Origin: an uncultured Planctomycetota bacterium
GTDB taxonomy: Bacteria > Planctomycetota > Planctomycetia > Isosphaerales > Isosphaeraceae
DNA: 64,000 nucleotides
Direction of reading: 5' to 3'
Assembly: GCA_963845755.1 (NCBI GenBank)
Contig: CAWJTV010000027.1
Span: 224,001 to 288,000, forward strand
Shown here: piece after piece, positions 55,589 through 64,000 of the stretch
How positions within the stretch are numbered: position 1 is the stretch's first letter
Layout: each line of letters opens with the position of its first letter
Notes under the pieces: generated by a model
What the model was told of the DNA's origin: nothing
Databases searched by the model: none
The model's input: only the letters and a program-made list of their open reading frames with translations
Program-made: the position numbers and the translations under genes

Positions 55589-56592
55589 ATGCGCGCCATG
55601 GCTGATGGACTCCTATCGAGGTGTCGAAAACTGCGTTTGAGCGAGGTTGCCGATCCGCAACCTGGCCCGGGTCAGGTGCTGCTCGGGAGTACGGTTCGCG
55701 GCGCTGAATCCGGCGGATGCTTTCCTGGCGCAGGCCCTGTACCCGGCCAGGCCGCCGTTGCCGCACATCCTGGGCCGCGATGGTGTGGGTGAGGTCCTGG
55801 CCTCCGGCTCCGCGGTGGAGAACGTGCGTGTCGGCGAGACGGTGGGCATCTTGCGTTGCAGCGCGGGCGTGGAGATCTGGGGAACACTTGCAGAGAAGGT
55901 GGTGGTTCCCGCCGGCCAGTCTGGCCCCCGTGCCCCGAGGCTGGTCCCTGGAAGAGATGGCCGGTGGGCCTCTGGTCTTCCTCACCGCCTGGCAGGCTCT
56001 CACGCAGTGGAGCGAGCCGCCGGCGCCGCCGCGGGAGGGTTCGGTGCTGCTGGTGACCGGGGCCTCCGGGGGTGTCGGCACGGCCTCGGTCCTTCTCGGG
56101 AAATCGATGAACCTCACCGTGGTGGCTCTTTCTCGCGGCGCGGCAAAGGGCGCGAAGGTGAAGGAGCTTGGCGCTGACTTCGTCCTGGACCCTGAGGATC
56201 CGGACCTGCGTAAGGCGGTCCTGGCGGCGATCGCTCCCGAAGAAGATCGACCTCGCCGTGGACACCGTCGGCGGAGCGCTCGTTCGGCGAAGTAGTCACG
56301 ATGCTGGGACAGGGCGGACGCATCAGCGTCGTCGGGCGGAGCGGCGGTGTCGTGCCGGAGTTCAATACCGCAACGCTCTTGTTCCGGAGGAATCGCATCG
56401 GCGGGGTTTCGGTCGGAGACTACGCCCCGGAGGCGGCACAAGCCGCGTGGAAGCAGATTGTCGGTCGTCTGGATGCGACGGGGAAGCGGCCGGTTGTGGA
56501 CGGAGTTTTCCGGTTCGAGGATGTGACTGCGGCGTTCGCGCGGCCTTGCGAAAGGGCCGATGGGGAAGGTGCTCGTTCGCATCGCAGGCTGA
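55589..56592 (+). CDS. NADPH:quinone oxidoreductase / MDR family; frameshifted
   Basis: ALNPAD, PHILGRDGVG, TAWQAL, LVTGASGGVG, GPMGKVLV. Confidence 0.85.
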
Positions 56593-56646
56593 ACGCGTCG
56601 GCGGCTGATCGCCCCGTCCGAGTGGAGCAAATCGGCAATCGTCGTC

Positions 56647-58273
<1,627 letters not shown>

Positions 58274-58538
58274 GGACGGTTCTCCCCAGAATGACCCGTT
58301 GTAGCAGGCGAACTCCGCCGCCAAGACCTGAATCCCTGAGACTCGGCTCCGTTTCACCGGCTCGATCAGCGACCATCGCTCGAGCGATGATCGACGGGAT
58401 TGCGCAGTGCCGACACCAACCCGACGCGGCGGCGAGGGGGGGCTCTCGAGTGACAACCGGCTGCCCAGTACTTCCCCTCGCCGCCGCGTCGGGTTGGTAC
58501 GAGGCGGCCGAGTGCTGAAGGTATGGACGAACGCCCGC

Positions 58539-59925
58539 TCAGAAGACCTTACGGATTTTCTTGTCGGCATCCGAGAGCTCGATCGTCGCGACAGCCTGAA
58601 CGAACCGAGGTCGCTCGTGGGCATCCAGTTGTTCGCGACACGTTTCGAGGATCGCCCCTCGACCTCTTTGGCGTCGAAACCCGGCTCGGTCACGTATTCG
58701 CATGCAACCATCTGGCCGACGAGCGACGACCTCCGAGCGAAAACGCGAACGTCGCGCACTCCAGGGACACTCTGGATGACTTGTTCCACACGAAGGGGAC
58801 GCACCTTGTTCCCGCCGACGTTGATCAGGTCATCCCGTCGGCCGACGAAGTAGCAACGATCGCCGACGCGTTCCACCAGATCACCCGTGGCAACCCAATC
58901 GGTCCCGCCCTTCTCGGTGGCCGCGGTGCCAGGTGATCCGATCATGGCGTTCGCCGATTGGACAAGAAGCTCGCCATCCTCGATCTTCAGCGCGATACCA
59001 TCCTCGGAAGGGACGTCCAGGAAACGGGCCGGGAAGCCCGCTCGGCCATCCGTGACCGTAAAGCATCGGCCGACCTCGCTGCTCCCGTAGAGATGAACCA
59101 GCCGCGCCTCGGGATAGAGGCGCCGCAGAGCGTCCAGCAAGTGTTGGTCGGCGATTTCCCCTCCCAGGGTGATCTGTTCGAGCCGGAGGGCACCGAGAGC
59201 GGCGGGACTTCCCAGCGTGATCAGTCGGCGCCAGAACGACGGAGTGGCGGAAACCGAACGGACGTCGCTGCGGCGCATCAAGTCCAGGAGTGCATCGACG
59301 CTCATCCCCGGTTCCGGAATCGCGAGCGGGTCCTGGTTCACCAAACAATGCAGAAAGACCTGAAGGCCCCCGTAAAGATGCGGGCGATACGTCAACAACC
59401 AGCACTCAGATGTCGAAGCGTCCGTCTTTCGGACCGGCCGCGTCAGACTATTCCAATCATGCCGGATTGCCTTGGGTCGGCCCGTACTCCCCGAAGTGAA
59501 GATCGTCACTTCGCCTCGCCCCGAGCCCGGGCCCCGCGACCCACTCGAGCGGTCAGTGACCTCGATCTGCCCCTCCTTCCCGCAGGGATCGATGATCACG
59601 TCGATCTCATGGAGGCGGCCAGATCCTCGATCGCCTCGTCGCTCGACCGCTTGATCGATGACGAAGAGATCTCCCTCGAGCAACGAAAAAGCCAGGAGCA
59701 CGCATAGGAGATCTCCGACGATCGGAAGAGAATCCCCATTCGAGCCTGGGCAAAAGACTCGAATCGCTCGACCAGACCGTCAATGATCCCCAGCCAATCC
59801 ATCCAGGACACCGTCCGCGTCGGAGTGAAGAATGCGGGCCGTCGGGTCCGCTCCATCGCCTGGTAGATCGCGGAAACGAATCGGCCGGTATGGGGCTCGG
59901 ACACGGAATGTGTGAAACGACTCAT
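58539..59925 (-). CDS. AMP-binding adenylation enzyme; frameshifted
   Basis: FTSGSTGRPK, LYGSSEVG, TGD, GRRDDLINVGGNKV. Confidence 0.85.
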
Positions 59926-60575
59926 TGGTGTCCGCCTGGTAGAGCAAACAGAAGTCGCTGAGGGGTCCGCATGCCGCGGATCGCAGCCTTCGAGGGCGAA
60001 TGTTCCGAACACGTGCACCAGCCTCGCCAACCGCTCGGCGATGTCCGGGGAGCCCCGGCCGAGCAATCCGTCGAGCACCTCACCGGGGGTGAGGCCGGGA
60101 GCGTTCAATCCCTCGTTCAGGAATCCGGCTTCGAACTTGTTGAACCAGCTTCCGGTGTAGGCAAGGCGGGTCGGTCGGCTCGGACATGCCGGTCTGCTCC
60201 CCAAAACGCAAACGCGTGCGAATGTCTACGGACCTTCCTCCTGACCCGGACTTCGCCCCGAACACCACTGCACCTGATCGCAGAGCACACCGGTATGTAG
60301 GATTATTGTTGATGAGTTGGAGCCCGGTGTCAATAGCAAGGCAGTTTCATTATAAGATTTATTTTAATAAATTATTGATATTACATATGTTTTATTTTCA
60401 AGCGATCGTCATGTCCGGGCCAGTCGAGCCTGCGGCAACGCCTCGCCCGGTCGCACCGGAGGTTCTTCGACGTGCGTAGGTCGCCCGAGCCGCGGCGAGC
60501 GGCCGGGCAGGCCACTGGCAACTCGTTCTGCACGCTCGGCCTCGGATCTCCATAGCCGGCATGGTGCGATGATCC

Positions 60576-61305
60576 TCAGACCGTGATGCCGCCGTTGACG
60601 ACCAGCAACTGCCCGGTCACGAACGCCGATTCGTCGGACAGCAGGAACCGGACCGGGCCGACCACATCCTCGGGCGTCCCGAGCCGCTGCAAAGGGGTTC
60701 GGCGGAGGATTTTCCCCAACTGCTCATCCTTCAAGGGGGCACTCATCTCCGTGCGGAGGTAACCGGTACAACGGAATTGACTCGGATCTTCCATGCCCCC
60801 AGCTCGCGGGCCAGGGCTCGGGTCATCGCATCCAGTCCCCCCTTGGTCGCGCCGTAGAGCGTCATCCCTCGATACCCTCGAACGCCCACTACCGATGAGA
60901 TGTTCACGATCGAGCCGCCTCCCCGCCCGCATCTGCCGGACGACCTGACGAGTCAGGACATCGGTGCCCGCAGAATGGTCATCGCATTCGATCTGGCGTC
61001 GGCACAAGGACAGGACCCCACCGTCGCCACCGCGCGCAGTTCACCAGGCCATGGGGCGGTCCGAAACGTTCCCGAGCGGTGTCCAGGAAACGATTCATCG
61101 AGGGACCATCACAGGCGTCGGCCGACTGGTAAAGGAACGCGCTTCGGTCCGCGAGCTGATCGACGAACTCCGTGCGATTGCGACTGAAGGTCGAGACGTT
61201 GTAGCCGGCCTCGAGCAGGCCCAACACCAGGGCCTGTCCCAACCCCCGGCTGCCTCCGCTGATGACGACGTGCCGCCCAGACTCGCCTCGGCCTTCTCGG
61301 CTCAT
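60576..61305 (-). CDS. SDR / FabG-like reductase; frameshifted
   Basis: [45 protein letters not shown]. Confidence 0.87.
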
Positions 61306-61331
61306 CGATCTCACCACCCGGTTGTTATCCG

Positions 61332-61799
61332 CTACCCTCGATCTCCCGGAGCCGGCGGCCAGCCTGACCCCGACCTCAGGATGACATGCGGATCTCCTTG
61401 CCAGTCCCCGAAAACCCGATCTCCGACACGTTGAGGAAGGCGGGCGTGTCCACGTCTGATACGGCCAGATCGAGTTCGTCCCAGGCACTTGGCCACGCCG
61501 TCTTGGCCGGCGACCCCCGGAGTGGCCTGATGGGCGATCAATGACGTCGGTTGGTAGAGAACGGCGAGGTCGGCCAGTGTCTTCAGCTCTGGGATGGTAT
61601 CACTGGCGAACGGATCCTTGCCGAAAACTTGCTCCAACCTCACAACCAGCTCCGCGAAGTCCAGGGATTCTAGGCCGAGTGATCCGTCGAGCACCGTCTC
61701 GGAAGATAAGGGCGGAGGATTGAGACCCTTGTGCTTGAATACTGTCGAGAATTCTTCGATCACCTTCTCGAGACTCGATCCTTGTATTGTTAAGGTCAT
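61332..61799 (-). CDS. Acyl carrier protein (core about 61545-61799; the tail may be read-through from an error)
   Basis: LGLESLDFAELVVRLE phosphopantetheine motif, KDPF, TLADL. Confidence 0.82.
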   Translation of the reverse strand: MTLTIQGSSLEKVIEEFSTVFKHKGLNPPPLSSETVLDGSLGLESLDFAELVVRLEQVFGKDPFASDTIPELKTLADLAVLYQPTSLIAHQATPGVAGQDGVAKCLGRTRSGRIRRGHARLPQRVGDRVFGDWQGDPHVILRSGSGWPPAPGDRG

Positions 61800-62156
61800 A
61801 GGGTCCCAGTTCCTCGCTATCAAGTGTACAAAACACACGAGAACACTCGGCGGCGGTCAACCCAGAAGTCTCCAAGCATGATCTATCGGCCGCCGAAGAT
61901 CCGTGCAGTGTTTCTGGCATCCCGGCTTCGCGTCGCATACACTGTTGCCAAAAAGCATCATCGCAGTTTGGCCAGAATGATCGATGACGCCGGCAAGTCA
62001 CTCGGTCGGGTTGGAACGCCTAACCGACATCAGGTTCTTGGTTGCGCGGCTAATACGTTGGTATCACAATCCCATTCCCACGATCGCGACCAATGCTTAA
62101 ATGGGACAAAAACCTGGACCAAAAGTCAAGTCATGGACGGGCTATGAGAACAAATC

Positions 62157-63835
62157 GGGAGCAGGAACGCTAATGTCGCCACATCCGGGTGTAGCCAAAC
62201 GTCAATAGGAGAACTCGACGAATTTTGATAGGGTGGAAGGACGTTGGGGCAAGATAGCTTGATCATGGAGGATCGTCATGTTTCGCGGCTCGCCTACCGA
62301 TTCGGCCCAGGATGCCCGTCTTCAGCGACTTCTCGGGATGGTCAAGGAAGAATTCTTCGCGGTTGATCAGACGGGTGCGGGGCTCGACTTCGCCACCATC
62401 GAGCAATGCGCTCGACGAAGCCGGTCGCAAGGTGGCACGCCTGCTCTGCGAGCAAACCGCGTCTCAATGCGCCGAGTCCGCCGAGCACGAGCAACCCTGT
62501 CCCGGTCGCGGCCAGGCTTGCGCCGGAACCATCCAAGAGCGACCGCTGGAGACCCGCGACGGGCCGATCTCCCTCAAAGAGGCACGGCACTCTTGCCCGC
62601 GATGCCGGCGGGTCTTTTTCCCCCAATAGACTGCGCCAGGGCTTGGATCACCGCGGCTATAGCCCGACGATGCGGGCAATCCTGGTCGCGATGGCCATCG
62701 CCGCCCGCTCGTTCGCCGAGGCCGCGAAATTGGCCGGCATCGCTGCGGAACTGAAGATCTCACCCCGCCACCTCCAGACGCTCTGCCAGGAACAGGGAGG
62801 CATCGGAGTCGATGAGCAAACCGAGCGGACGACGGCCTATAAAGATCGCCCGTTGATGACGCCGACGACGGCCGCGAATCCGCCGATCGAGTTGGCCGCC
62901 GTCATGATCGATGGCGGTCGTATTCAGGTGCGCCAACCCGACCACGGGCCGGGGGTCCACGAGCCGGCTTGGAGGGAGACCAAGACGGCCGTCCTGCTGC
63001 GGATGAAGCGTCAGGTATCCGACGTCGATCCACAGCCGAACCTCCCCACGTGCTTTGCTGGACCTCTGGGATCGGCTGTCGAGCTGCCACCGGCGAGTGA
63101 ATCGGCGACCCCGGCCGAGAAACCGGACTGGAGACCGGTCCCGGTGGTCCGCTCCGGGCTGGCCACCTTGAATGACAGCGAGACGTTCGGTTGGATGGCG
63201 GCTGCCGCCGCGGACCGGCGCGGCTTCTTCACCGCCACGGCCAAGGCCTTCGTCAGCGACGGCCTGCCGTATAACTGGTCGATCCAGCGTCGTCACTTCG
63301 CCGACTTCGAGCCGATCCTGGATTTCGTCCACGCCGCGGAACACGTGCACGCCGCGGCCAAGGCCACTGGCCAAGGCGTTGAGTTGGGCCGGCACTGGGC
63401 GGAGTCGTGCTGGGAAGGTCGCGTCGGGGACGTCCTGGGCGAGATCGCCGATCACCAAAGCCGGATCGATCCACCGACGAATCCCAAAGACGACCCCGAC
63501 CATCCCTGGTGCGTGCTCGATCGCGAGCGCGGCTACTTGGAGAATAATCAGTCGCGCATGGACTACCCGCGCTACCGCCGGGTCGGATTACCCATCACCA
63601 GCAGCCCGGTGGAATCGTGGGTCAAGCAGCTCAACCAGCGCGCAAAGGGAGCGAGAAATTCTGGAACAACAACGCCAACCCCGAGGCCGTGCTCAACCTC
63701 CGCGCGGCTTGGCTCAACGACGACGAGGAATTCATCGACCAGATTCGCAACCGGCCAGGTCATCCCTACGCGCGGCCAGGTCGCGACACGCAAGCACCCA
63801 TCGCTGCGTGAAAAATCATTAGCGTTCCTGCACCC
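62157..63835 (+). mobile_element. Complete insertion sequence, ISKra4-like (second family member)
   Basis: 19-bp IRs GGGAGCAGGAACGCTAATG (62157-62175) / CATTAGCGTTCCTGCACCC (63817-63835), 1 mismatch; 9-bp TSD GAACAAATC (62148-62156 / 63836-63844). Confidence 0.93.
62278..63811 (+). CDS. ISKra4-family transposase across several frames
   Basis: CPRCRRVFFP, MIDGG, WRETK, VSDG..YNW, LDFVHAAEH, RMDYPRYR..PITSSPVES. Confidence 0.85.
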
Positions 63836-64000
63836 GAACAAATCGGATGGGCATCGGCCAAAACCCTCTTGGCGGCGTCGCGGTCCGCCTTGGACCGGGC
63901 CCATGGCGCATCTCCGCTCCCAACCATTCCGACCCAGCGATCGATGCGGATCGGACGGAACGGTGTGATCGGGTCGATGCGGAATGATTGGGCGGGCTGG

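Overview
High-GC bacterial window. The gene content (PSCyt/PSD1 plus DUF1501 pair, DUF1559 prepilin-like protein, ECF sigma/Ser-Thr kinase modules, PEP-CTERM proteins, LExRxLL-type N-terminus) points to a Planctomycete, probably Isosphaerales-like (inference). Many genes, including essential cysS, are split by single-base frameshifts. These look like uncorrected long-read errors, so split ORFs are reported as single genes. The most striking structure is a ~1 kb cassette at 6827-7818. It contains a REP-associated tyrosine transposase (RAYT, HUH/Y1) bracketed by two inward-facing head-to-tail arrays of one GTAG-hairpin REP: 3 complete copies plus 1 collapsed copy at a 32-bp period on the left, and 9 perfect copies at a 30-bp period on the right. 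The cassette sits inside a PSD1-DUF1501 operon, flanked by an 18-bp direct repeat that regenerates the downstream ribosome-binding site. The right-array linker resembles the host target sequence. Inverted doublets (REPIN-like) of the same REP occur at 23.5 kb and 41.3 kb, and other REP-like families are present. The window also contains: yefM-yoeB with a TGTACA operator; two complete ISKra4-like IS elements with inverted repeats and target duplications, one interrupting an ECF sigma gene; a gene bracketed by a duplicated dapF 3' end; housekeeping genes dapF, csrA, ispF, cysS and ruvC; and a 46-62 kb cluster combining polysaccharide-modifying genes with CitE-like lyase, acyl-CoA ligases, fumarase, SDR and ACP.
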